The translations under genes were made by a program, and so were the position numbers. From positions 227,719 through 291,718 of the forward strand of contig DMXO01000005.1 in the NCBI GenBank assembly GCA_003482855.1: a stretch of DNA of 64,000 bases, given 5' to 3'. The notes under the pieces are model-generated. The model saw only the letters and a program-made list of their open reading frames with translations, was not told the origin of the DNA and did not search any database. The DNA is from Candidatus Magasanikiibacteriota bacterium. Its GTDB lineage: Bacteria > Patescibacteriota > Patescibacteriia > Magasanikbacterales > UBA922. Of the stretch, positions 7,912 to 15,875 are shown in pieces (positions within the stretch are counted from its first letter, which is position 1; every line of letters begins with the position of its first letter).

Positions 7912-8952
7912 ATGTCAAATATATTAATTGAAATAATTTTAATAGTCGTCCTAATCATTTTAAATGGTTATTTTTCGTTATCGGAAATAGCACTGTTAAG
8001 TGTCAAAAAAAGCCGTCTTAGACACCTCTCAAAACAAGGAAACATAAAAGCTCAAAATGCTTTATTTTTGACGCGCAAATCTTCAGAAATGCTTTCTGCT
8101 ATACAAATAGGGATTACAACAATTGGTATTTTGGCAGGTGCGTTTGGTGGGGCGACAGTTGCCGAGCATTTAGAAGTATATTTAATGCAATTTTCTTTTG
8201 TTTCCGCGTACAGTGGCGCGGTCAGCGTAACTATTGTTGTCATTATAATTACATACTTGTCATTGGTAATTGGTGAATTAGTGCCAAAACAGATGGCATT
8301 GTCGAATCCAGAAAAAAGGTCTTTGAAAGTTGCCGGCACCATAAAAATAGTAATGAAAATTTTTCGTCCTTTAGTAAAATTGCTTAGCTTGTCAACTGAC
8401 GGATTACTCAAATTATTTCGTATTGCTCCTACTTCTGAGCAGGTAGTTACTGAAGAAGAAATAAAACTTCTCATAGCCGAAGGCGCGGAAAGTGGTGTAT
8501 TTGAACGGTCAGAACAAAAAATGGTTGAAAGTATATTCCATTTAGGAAATCGTCCCATAAAACATTTCATGACACCAGGCAATGATGTGGTATGGCTAGA
8601 CATACATGATCCGATTGATGTGGTGAGAAAGAAAATTACAGGCAGTGATAGATCTGTTTTTCCTGTCTGTGATGGAAATATAGACAATAATATTGGGGCG
8701 ATTGAAACCAAAGATGTATTAAGTCATTTGTTTGACAATGGTTTGGAAAACATTGATTTAAAATCTTTGGTACAGCCAGTTATGCGTATTCACGCGGATG
8801 TGCCATCGCTTGTCGCTATAGAACGTCTTAAAAGGTCATCAATCAGTATTGTTCTTATTACTGACAACACAACAGGTAAAGTTGCAGGTATTATTAGTTT
8901 TCACGATATACTCGAAGCTATTGTGGGTGAGTTTAAAGGCGGACAAGAATAA
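7912..8952 (+). CDS. HlyC/CorC family transporter (DUF21 - CBS pair - CorC_HlyC)
   Basis: 346 aa. N-terminal 4-TM DUF21 region, then a CBS-pair region and a C-terminal transporter-associated domain. Confidence 0.8.
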   Translation: MSNILIEIILIVVLIILNGYFSLSEIALLSVKKSRLRHLSKQGNIKAQNALFLTRKSSEMLSAIQIGITTIGILAGAFGGATVAEHLEVYLMQFSFVSAYSGAVSVTIVVIIITYLSLVIGELVPKQMALSNPEKRSLKVAGTIKIVMKIFRPLVKLLSLSTDGLLKLFRIAPTSEQVVTEEEIKLLIAEGAESGVFERSEQKMVESIFHLGNRPIKHFMTPGNDVVWLDIHDPIDVVRKKITGSDRSVFPVCDGNIDNNIGAIETKDVLSHLFDNGLENIDLKSLVQPVMRIHADVPSLVAIERLKRSSISIVLITDNTTGKVAGIISFHDILEAIVGEFKGGQE

Positions 8953-9099
8953 AAAATTTATCTTGTGAGGTTTATCTAACCTTCACCAAAGCTATGGCGG
9001 ACAAGTTGCAATCATAAAGTGTTATTATAAACTAGCCTCTATCTAGCATACAAAATTATTATAATATAGTTTGTGCTAGTCTAGAGCAATAATAAATTT

Positions 9100-9140
9100 T
9101 CAAATAAAAAATACCGCCATTGGGTGGTATTTGTTTTGTG
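9100..9140. terminator. bidirectional intrinsic terminator
   Basis: ATACCGCC-attg-GGTGGTAT flanked by A-run and T-runs. Ends hlyC-family (+) and the RelQ-like gene (-). On the - strand it is preceded by ATCCACAA, resembling the GTTCACAA+terminator modules at 11112, 12176 and 12755. Confidence 0.6.
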
Positions 9141-9165
9141 GATTTTGAGCGAATTACCGTTACTT

Positions 9166-9801
9166 TTATTTTTTTAGTCGTCTTACATACTTCACAATTT
9201 TTTCTAATTCGTTTGAAGCATTTTTTATATAGTTGTCCATTACTTTTTGCATCCTTTGTTTCAGTAGAGAATATTTTTTTTCATTTAGACTGTGTAAGTT
9301 CAAATCGTTTTTGTATAATATATCATGTTCTACTTCTGCCCATGCATGGTTGAGTATCAAGGCAAGCTGTATTTCGCATTCCAAATCTTTAAATTTTTTA
9401 TATTCGCTCAATCTAATTCTTTCATTCCCAAAATTGACAATAATATGAGTGGAACGGTACCCCGTCTTTTTTTCCGTTTCTTGTACAATAATTTTTTTGT
9501 CAAATTCATTTTTTAAACTATAAATGAATCGTTTACGTTCACTATCTGTATAAAATACCACTCGAATTCCAGCAATATCTTTGATGTCTGACAACCGTTT
9601 ATATATTTTGCCTCTCTGTCTTTTAGATTCAATTTTTTCTTTCAAACTATCGATCTCCTTAACCCGACTATTGAGATGATATTTATAATTGCCGGAATGA
9701 AGAATATTTTCAAGTAAAACATGGACAACATTACAGTATTCTGCATATAGGTTTCTTTTGATTCTATATTCAGCTAATATTTTTTTTAGATTTTTGTCCA
9801 T
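9166..9801 (-). CDS. RelA/SpoT-domain small alarmone synthetase (RelQ/RelP-like (p)ppGpp synthetase)
   Basis: 211 aa. Synthetase-domain motifs SRVKEIDSLKEK, DIAGIRVVFY (catalytic Asp), GYRSTHIIV, ECEIQLALILNHAWAEVEHDILYK. Collinear with Bacillus RelQ (YjbM). Confidence 0.75.
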   Translation of the reverse strand: MDKNLKKILAEYRIKRNLYAEYCNVVHVLLENILHSGNYKYHLNSRVKEIDSLKEKIESKRQRGKIYKRLSDIKDIAGIRVVFYTDSERKRFIYSLKNEFDKKIIVQETEKKTGYRSTHIIVNFGNERIRLSEYKKFKDLECEIQLALILNHAWAEVEHDILYKNDLNLHSLNEKKYSLLKQRMQKVMDNYIKNASNELEKIVKYVRRLKK

Positions 9802-9870
9802 AGTATGGTATGGTGAATTACAGTAGACGAGTTCTTACAACTTAGACTTGTTGACAATTGTTGTTTCTAA

Positions 9871-10020
9871 TTACAACATTTTTTGACCCCTGATTATCCT
9901 TACAAGTACTATAATAATAGCTATTATAAGTAAGATGTGAATGAAGCCACCAAGCGTGTAGGATGTGACGAGTCCAAGTAGCCATAAAATTATTAGAATG
10001 ATGGCAATAGTCCATAACAT
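9871..10020 (-). CDS. lmo0937-family small membrane protein (49 aa), unannotated in ORF track
   Basis: MLWTIAIILIILWLLGLVTSYTLGGFIHILLIIAIIIVLVRIIRGQKML. Matches the widespread MLWTI..LWLLG..YTLGG..IH.LL family. Confidence 0.6.
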   Translation of the reverse strand: MLWTIAIILIILWLLGLVTSYTLGGFIHILLIIAIIIVLVRIIRGQKML

Positions 10021-10160
10021 ATGATTTGGGTTAAAAATAAATTTTACTCGAATTATTTTTCTATACTCGGTTTAATTGATAAGGTGTGTCACCTCCATCC
10101 TAAGAGATGACACATCTATCAGTTCATAAACTAAGATATAAAAGATATCCTACCTAATTT

Positions 10161-10292
10161 TTAGGATTTATCAGCTTTTTCATCAGCCTTTTTGTCAGCA
10201 GCTGCATCTTTTTTTGCCATTTCTGCTCCTATCCCTAGGTTTTCTTTGACCTCATCTTTTTTTGTTTTGTCTGTGGTTTTGTCGTCTGTCAT
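10161..10292 (-). CDS. small K/D-rich hydrophilic protein (43 aa), possible CsbD/stress-protein-like
   Basis: MTDDKTTDKTKKDEVKENLGIGAEMAKKDAAADKKADEKADKS. Below the ORF-track cutoff, no clear SD. Confidence 0.3.
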   Translation of the reverse strand: MTDDKTTDKTKKDEVKENLGIGAEMAKKDAAADKKADEKADKS

Positions 10293-10474
10293 ATGATTTT
10301 TGTTATATATGAATAAAATTATTTTTTGTGAGGTTTATATTCACGTGTTGAATATACCTCGTATATCCTCAACAAGAGGTGGAGTAGGTGGTTTTGTTGC
10401 CATAGATAAGTGGTTAGTTGCACATCCTCATGGTTTTATGTGTGTCAAGTCTGTGCATTTTTTAAAGGGATTAT

Positions 10475-10825
10475 TTATTTTTTTGGTTGGAGAGCTTCTT
10501 GAATTGTTTTCACAACAGCCTGAACAAATGGATTACCATATTCAAGTTTGGGAAAAACTTTTTTTCCCCCGCGTTCTTTTTGCAACAATTTTGCGTGTTC
10601 CAAAATTTTTATGTGTTGTGATGCTAAGGGGAGTGATATGTCCAAAATTTGTGCGATATTGCTCACAGATATCTTGGGTTGTTGGGCAAGAATGCGAAAA
10701 ATTCGATAACGGTTGATGTCACTAAGTACCTTAAATGCTGCGGCCATACTCTTGTCAGTTTCACTAAATATCTTACGATTTTTTTGGATTTCTTTTTCAC
10801 TGATCATATATAAATTATTAAACAA
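10475..10825 (-). CDS. ArsR/SmtB family transcriptional regulator
   Basis: 116 aa. Winged HTH RYRIFRILAQQPKISVSNIAQILDISLPLASQHIKILEHAKLL. AT-rich imperfect palindrome ATTAAAcaattaTTTAAT in its own upstream region (10830-10850), a possible operator. Confidence 0.8.
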   Translation of the reverse strand: MFNNLYMISEKEIQKNRKIFSETDKSMAAAFKVLSDINRYRIFRILAQQPKISVSNIAQILDISLPLASQHIKILEHAKLLQKERGGKKVFPKLEYGNPFVQAVVKTIQEALQPKK

Positions 10826-10933
10826 TTATTTAATACTTTAATAATTGAAGTATATAATCTAATGTATGACTTGTCAATGATAAAATAGAACACCACGGTG
10901 TATAAGAGGTGTGTAACTTTTTGTTTATTTTAT

Positions 10934-11105
10934 GTGATTCGGCTCGCCTGCAAACGCTATGCGTTAGCATTGTGGGCAGGTTGGAAATCTCACGTCGTCG
11001 CCTCGCTCCTCCTGGTGGGGGAACCTTCGGGTTTCCTAGCCTTTCTTCTGCAAGTAAAACCTTACGGTTTCACCATTCCCTCGTTCGCTCCCCAGTTACG
11101 GCCAC
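10934..11105. repeat. GC-rich ~170-bp element A (homolog of element B at 12791-12940)
   Basis: Starts with gtgattcggctcgcc, a degenerate copy of the tRNA-Lys 3' end gtgatccggctgggg. Shares ~70% identity blocks with B (aatctcac, ggaaaccttcgg[g/a]tttccta, gttcg[c/a]tccccagt[t/c]acgg). Contains a GGAACC-UUCG-GGUUUCC hairpin. Confidence 0.55.
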
Positions 11106-11111
11106 AAAAAT

Positions 11112-11140
11112 AAAAAACTCACCATAAAGGTGAATTTTTT
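11112..11140 (-). terminator. intrinsic terminator for - strand gene 11232-12047
   Basis: TCACC-ataaa-GGTGA flanked by A/T runs. On the - strand it is preceded by GGTTCACAA. Confidence 0.55.
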
Positions 11141-11231
11141 ATTTGTGAACCTTATCGGGACAGCTGGCAAACTTTTGTAGTAACTTTGATGACAGAGTTG
11201 CAAGGGGTTGAGTACGATTAAATGTTAATCC

Positions 11232-12047
11232 TTATGGAAAAACAAATTTTAAACTCAAACATTTAAAAAATGGTAATGTTGATATTAGCAAAATTAATAT
11301 TACAAGCGAAACCAAAAAATATAATATAGTTTCTTTTAATGTTTGAATTGTTTTTTCTTTAGGCGCATTCAATAATCTCGGCACAGCTATCAAAAAAAAC
11401 GGTAATACAAAGACCTGTACGACATAAAATGTACACCAAATAGAAGGACTGGCAGTACAAACATCCAGAGAAAATTTAAAATACCCCCACAATACATAAA
11501 TTACACTCAGAATAAACGAAGTATCAAGGGTGGCAAGTAAGTAGGTTATTATTGTCTTTTTTGAAATATCACCTTCAAGTAATTTACGACCTTTTAATGC
11601 ACAGACATGAAAATATATAAATAACAACATCCAAGCTGAAGCCCACACAAAAGCAGAATTATGCTTGAGGTAAAAATTAAATTGTTCAAATGACATTTCA
11701 ATAAAGAATGCGTGCATTGCTACGCCACCAATGATCCACAAGGCGATTTTACTCCTAAGACTTCTATTTAAAATTACTTCTAGCGACCGCAGAAAAAAAT
11801 ACATCGATGAAATTGAAAGTATTAGTCCAATCTTGTAAACAATTTGATTTTGGGTTAATAAAGATAAAAATTCAAATATCTGATGGCCGCCAATAAGTGT
11901 AAAGGCTATAATTACATTTTTTAAAAAAGGTAGTAGCCACTTTTTTTGTATTGTCTGATATTTCATCAAAAACCATATATAATAAAATAAACTAAAGGCT
12001 AAAATTGTAGCACCAGTGGTTAATTGTACTTCTTTGCTATAGCACAT
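11232..12047 (-). CDS. hypothetical polytopic membrane protein
   Basis: 271 aa, about 8 hydrophobic helices. No recognisable catalytic motif. Confidence 0.5.
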   Translation of the reverse strand: MCYSKEVQLTTGATILAFSLFYYIWFLMKYQTIQKKWLLPFLKNVIIAFTLIGGHQIFEFLSLLTQNQIVYKIGLILSISSMYFFLRSLEVILNRSLRSKIALWIIGGVAMHAFFIEMSFEQFNFYLKHNSAFVWASAWMLLFIYFHVCALKGRKLLEGDISKKTIITYLLATLDTSFILSVIYVLWGYFKFSLDVCTASPSIWCTFYVVQVFVLPFFLIAVPRLLNAPKEKTIQTLKETILYFLVSLVILILLISTLPFFKCLSLKFVFP

Positions 12048-12175
12048 ATTATTTTTTAAAAAAGTCTATTAATTATTATACTCTTTTTGTTAACCATTTT
12101 ACAGTTCGAACGCCACCCGATTCTAACAACTTCTAACCATACACCGTCTGGTTCTGGCAAACTCAGATTTTGTCT

Positions 12176-12201
12176 TCGTATAGACAAGAAAACATCCTAT
12201 G
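12176..12201 (-). terminator. intrinsic terminator for - strand gene 12311-12580
   Basis: - strand CATCCTACGCCATAGGATG followed by UUUUCUU, preceded by GTTCACAA. A second hairpin GTCTTcgtataGACAAG follows. Confidence 0.55.
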
Positions 12202-12310
12202 GCGTAGGATGTCTCTAGTTGTGAACAAGGTCGGGACAGGTGGCAAACTTTTGTGGTGGAATTATTACTACAATTGCGAATTACAGATATTTTTGAAACT
12301 TTATTAATAA

Positions 12311-12580
12311 TTAAAGCTTAATTCCAAATTTAGATAAAATAAATATATAGATAGTATAAGCAATAAACATTACAAAAGATGATAGAATCATGGCCCAGCC
12401 AAATTTCATTCCTGTTTTAAGTAAAAATGGTAATATTATAAAAAATAAAAGTGATGGTAAAACCGCCCAAAATATACTCGTGGATAGACCAATTATCTTT
12501 TGGATGTCTTTTGTATCATGATACAGCCAAATAAGAGCCAAAATAGACACCAATGGCAAGGAAGCTATAACTGCTGCCAC
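12311..12580 (-). CDS. hypothetical small membrane protein (3 TM)
   Basis: 89 aa, hydrophobic throughout. Sits inside the repeat/terminator array. Confidence 0.4.
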   Translation of the reverse strand: MAAVIASLPLVSILALIWLYHDTKDIQKIIGLSTSIFWAVLPSLLFFIILPFLLKTGMKFGWAMILSSFVMFIAYTIYIFILSKFGIKL

Positions 12581-12754
12581 CGTGGTAAAACGTTTACTAA
12601 GTTCAGAGACACTAAAAATAATTAAGGCTGAAAGGATTATTTTTTATAATATATTGCATAGATAAAAGTTTAGTTTGGATAGTAAAATTATACGTTATTT
12701 GTACTAAATTAGCAAAATTTCGTTGGCAAACTCCATTTCAGCTTTTAATAGACA

Positions 12755-12790
12755 TAAAAAAACATCCTTTTGACGAGGATGTTTCTTTTT
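12755..12790 (-). terminator. intrinsic terminator (CATCCT-N7-AGGATG with U7 on the - strand) at the distal end of element B
   Basis: On the - strand it is preceded by CCGGATCACAAAAAG, a degenerate tRNA-Lys 3' end. Confidence 0.55.
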
Positions 12791-12940
12791 GTGATCCGGC
12801 TGGGGAATCTCACTGCTCGTCCTCATTTCATTCGGACTGCGCTTTAGGAAACCTTCGGATTTCCTAATATTCTTCCTCGGCATGTAGGGGGATATCTCCC
12901 CCTACCACCCCCTTGTTCGATCCCCAGTCACGGACTACGC
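12791..12940. repeat. GC-rich element B, bounded by an exact 16-nt duplication of the tRNA-Lys 3' end (12791-12806 = 12977-12992)
   Basis: gtgatccggctgggga occurs at 12791 and again inside tRNA-Lys (acceptor 3' strand, T-stem 3' strand and the first C of CCA). The interior is homologous to element A. Contains a perfect hairpin GUAGGGGGA-UAUC-UCCCCCUAC and an AGGAAAUC-CGAA-GGUUUCCU hairpin in - orientation. Confidence 0.6.
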
Positions 12941-12944
12941 AAAC

Positions 12945-12972
12945 TAAAAAACACCCGTCGGGTGTTTTTTAG
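12945..12972. terminator. bidirectional intrinsic terminator immediately downstream of tRNA-Lys
   Basis: A6-CACCC-gtcg-GGGTG-T6. Confidence 0.65.
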
Positions 12973-12977
12973 TTTGG

Positions 12978-13050
12978 TGATCCGGCTGGGGATCGAACCC
13001 AGGACCATCAGCTTAAAAGGCTGTTGCTCTACCAGCTGAGCTACCGGACC
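12978..13050 (-). tRNA. tRNA-Lys (anticodon TTT), CCA encoded (to 12975)
   Basis: - strand GGTCCGG TA GCTC AGCTGGTA GAGC A ACAGC CTTTTAA GCTGA TGGTC CTGGG TTCGATC CCCAG CCGGATC A CCA. G2:U71 wobble and A27:A43 mismatch. Confidence 0.8.
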
Positions 13051-13130
13051 GCATAAACGACCTTCGGTCGTCACGCGGCAAGCCTGCCGCAATTTTTAAT
13101 TTTCAATTTCAAATTTCGAATGATTTTTGA

Positions 13131-13158
13131 TTGAAAATTATGGTGTATATGATATACT
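13131..13158 (+). promoter_or_regulatory. candidate sigma70 promoter for the P-type ATPase (TTGAAA-16-TATACT)
   Basis: 28 nt upstream of the ATG at 13186. A divergent TTGACT-17-TATCAT on the - strand (13149-13177) may drive tRNA-Lys through a leader with two GC hairpins (13068-13100). Confidence 0.35.
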
Positions 13159-13185
13159 AATCCCATAAAAAAGTCAAGAATTAGC

Positions 13186-15870
13186 TTGTTTATGGAAAAT
13201 TACCACTTACAGAGTATAGCACAAGTTTTGAAAGATTTACAGGTTTCAGATAGGGGTTTATCCACCAAAGAGGCCGAAAAGAGGCTTGAGACTTATGGAC
13301 TGAATAAACTTCCTGCCTCATCTGAAAAAACAACACATCTCAAAATTTTTTTGCAACAATGGAAAAGTCCATTGATTTTAATTTTGGCAGTTGCAGGAAT
13401 TATTAGTGGAAGTTTGGGCGAGATTGTGGATATGATAGTTATTTTCATTACCGTAGGAGTCAATGTATCTATAGGTTTCATACAGGAATTCAAAGCAGAC
13501 CAAGCTCTTAAGAAACTTAACAAATTAGTATCATACAAAGCCGTGGTACTCCGAGAAGGAAGAGAAACTGTGATAGATAGTGTTCATATTGTTCCTGGAG
13601 ATATTATGATTATTGATGCAGGTACCAAGATTCAGGCAGACGGAAGAATTTTTGAATGTAGTGATTTACAGATAAATGAATCAGTATTGACGGGTGAATC
13701 TGAGTCTATAGAAAAACATACAAAAAAATTGATTGGTGATCTTGTCATAAGTGACAGAAAAAATATGGTATACAAGGGGACATCGGTCATAAATGGACGC
13801 GCGCATGTAGTTATTACTGCAACCGGTGCACATACTGAGATAGGTGCCATTGCTTCTCTAGTAGACAAAACTAGACAAGAAAAAACTCCATTGCAACGAC
13901 AACTTGGCAAGATGGGTAGGGTGATAGGTATTATTGTGCTCTGTTTGTCTCTTGGGATTTTTTTGCTTGGTGTTTTGGTCAAATCTGAACATCATTCTCT
14001 CTTGGAAATGTTCAAAATATCAGTAGCTCTTGCTGTCGCCGCTATACCTGAAGGTTTGGTGATTTCCATGACTGCTATTTTGGCTATAGGTATGCAACAT
14101 ATTCTCAAAAGGAAAGCCCTTGTGCGTAAATTGCTTGCTGCCGAGACGCTTGGATCAGTGAGTGTTATTTGTACTGACAAGACAGGCACCTTGACTGAAG
14201 GAAATATGAAAGTTACCCATGCTGTAACTGCAAATGATGAGATAAGTGGACAAGAGCTTGATGTTGTACATATGGATGACGAGGGTGAACATAGAGATAT
14301 TTTGTTTGCACTTCGTATCGGAGTGATGTGTAATGATAGTATTTTGGAGAATCCTCATGAAGTCGAAGGTAAATGGAATTTTGTTGGAGATACGACAGAT
14401 ACTGCGCTTGTATACGCAGGTATGAAAGCAGGACTTCAGAAGCATGATCTTGATAACGTATTGCGTAGGATAGCAGAGATACCTTTTGATAGTGTAAATA
14501 AATTTATGGCTACATTGCATCATGTTGATCACGAATCTCTCGTATATATCAAAGGTGCACCAGAGGTGTTGTATGATAAGTGTATGTATTATGAAGAAAA
14601 TGGAGAAACAAAAAAGATGAATAAACATATGCAAGAATGGTTTTCCAAGCAAGAAGATATTTTAACAGGTAAGGGCTTGCGTGTGCTCGCTCTTGCGTAC
14701 AAGAGGTATGATACACATATAGACAAGCTCTCAGTAGAGGATATTGATGATATTATTTTGGTTGGACTTATTGCATTGTCAGATCCATTACGTGAAAGTG
14801 TAAAAGAAACTATAGAAAAAGCGCGTGGAGCCGGTATTCGTATTATCATGATCACGGGGGATCATATGCGCACAGCACGATCGATTGGTCTACAGTTGGG
14901 GATTCCATCAGAAGACGACAATATCTTCAATGGACGTCAACTCGAAGACATTGGTGATGAAGATTTACAACGTGTTGTAGAACATATTTCTATTTTTGCA
15001 CGTGTGGATCCCAAGCATAAAATTCGCATTGTGCAAGCATTACAAGCACGAGGAGAAGTCGTTGCCATGACAGGAGATGGTATCAATGATGCACCTGCCC
15101 TCAAGGGATCTGATATTGGTGTGGCAGTCGGGTCAGGGACTGATGTAGCAAAAGAAATTTCCGATATTATCCTCCTAGATGATAATTTTGAAACCATAGT
15201 TTCTGCAGTAGAAGAAGGTCGTGGAATCTATCAAAATATAAAGAAGGTAATATTGTATCTCATGTCAAATAGTTTGATTGAAGTAATTTTGATAGCAGGT
15301 AGCCTGATCGCTGGTCTGCCCCTCGCATTATTGCCCGCACAAATTTTGTGGATCAATTTGGTTCAAGAAGGTGCTGTGGCTTTTTCTCTGGGATTTGATA
15401 AAGGGGACAAAGAAAATATGAAAGATATGCCTCGTAAAAAAGACGAATCAATTATTGATAGCAAGATGAAATTTATTATTGTCCTCGTGAGTGTGATTCC
15501 CAATGTTATACTGTTTAGTATATTTTTGTTTTTTCTCAAAACGACACAAGATATTTCACTTGCAAGAACATTAATGTTTGTAGGAGTTGGCATAGGGTCA
15601 TTATTTTATATTTTTTCTATTCGAAGTTTGCGCAAGATGATTTGGCAGATAAATCCATTTGGTAATAAATTTTTGATATATGCCCTTCTCGTAAGTTGGT
15701 TTATTTTATTTTCTTCGATTTATTTTGAACCTTTACAAAAATTATTGCGTACCGTTCCTTTGACGTTTAACCACTGGATGTTGATGATAGGGTTTGGTTT
15801 ATTAAATGTGATACTTATTGAATTAGTTAAAGGAATAATTTTAATTAAAAAACATAATTACGTAACATAA
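13186..15870 (+). CDS. cation-transporting P-type ATPase (P2/P3-type, Ca2+/Mg2+-like)
   Basis: 894 aa. DKTGTLT phosphorylation motif, TGES actuator motif, TGDGINDAPAL hinge, 10 TM helices. Confidence 0.9.
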   Translation: MFMENYHLQSIAQVLKDLQVSDRGLSTKEAEKRLETYGLNKLPASSEKTTHLKIFLQQWKSPLILILAVAGIISGSLGEIVDMIVIFITVGVNVSIGFIQEFKADQALKKLNKLVSYKAVVLREGRETVIDSVHIVPGDIMIIDAGTKIQADGRIFECSDLQINESVLTGESESIEKHTKKLIGDLVISDRKNMVYKGTSVINGRAHVVITATGAHTEIGAIASLVDKTRQEKTPLQRQLGKMGRVIGIIVLCLSLGIFLLGVLVKSEHHSLLEMFKISVALAVAAIPEGLVISMTAILAIGMQHILKRKALVRKLLAAETLGSVSVICTDKTGTLTEGNMKVTHAVTANDEISGQELDVVHMDDEGEHRDILFALRIGVMCNDSILENPHEVEGKWNFVGDTTDTALVYAGMKAGLQKHDLDNVLRRIAEIPFDSVNKFMATLHHVDHESLVYIKGAPEVLYDKCMYYEENGETKKMNKHMQEWFSKQEDILTGKGLRVLALAYKRYDTHIDKLSVEDIDDIILVGLIALSDPLRESVKETIEKARGAGIRIIMITGDHMRTARSIGLQLGIPSEDDNIFNGRQLEDIGDEDLQRVVEHISIFARVDPKHKIRIVQALQARGEVVAMTGDGINDAPALKGSDIGVAVGSGTDVAKEISDIILLDDNFETIVSAVEEGRGIYQNIKKVILYLMSNSLIEVILIAGSLIAGLPLALLPAQILWINLVQEGAVAFSLGFDKGDKENMKDMPRKKDESIIDSKMKFIIVLVSVIPNVILFSIFLFFLKTTQDISLARTLMFVGVGIGSLFYIFSIRSLRKMIWQINPFGNKFLIYALLVSWFILFSSIYFEPLQKLLRTVPLTFNHWMLMIGFGLLNVILIELVKGIILIKKHNYVT

Positions 15871-15875
15871 TATAT

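Larger units (their letters stand above)
9100..12976 (-). mobile_element. tRNA-Lys-adjacent accessory tract: tandem series of units each ending in a tRNA-Lys-3'-end-like motif plus intrinsic terminator (putative remnants of serial integration)
   Basis: In - orientation, every transcription unit ends with (G)(A/T)TCACAA plus hairpin plus U-tract, echoing the real tRNA end CCGGATCACCA plus terminator. Exact 16-nt duplication of the tRNA 3' end at 12791-12806. Homologous GC-rich elements at both ends. No integrase gene is present. Confidence 0.35.

Noticed and set aside
9166-9801. toxSAS toxin-antitoxin interpretation of the RelQ-like gene
   Set aside because: No small overlapping or adjacent antitoxin-like ORF. 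The nearest upstream gene is an lmo0937-type membrane peptide 69 nt away. Motifs and length match housekeeping RelQ/RelP. Kept only as a possibility.
11157-12245. sigma54 promoter reading of TGGCAAACTTTTGT
   Set aside because: GG and the downstream G are spaced wrongly relative to the TGGCAC-N5-TTGC consensus (G falls at position 13, not 14-15). No enhancer-binding protein context.
3283-13050. CRISPR array or spacer-repeat organisation among the repeated GC-rich elements
   Set aside because: Repeats are long (~170 bp), imperfect, irregularly spaced and interleaved with genes and terminators. There are no short regular direct repeats with unique spacers and no cas genes.
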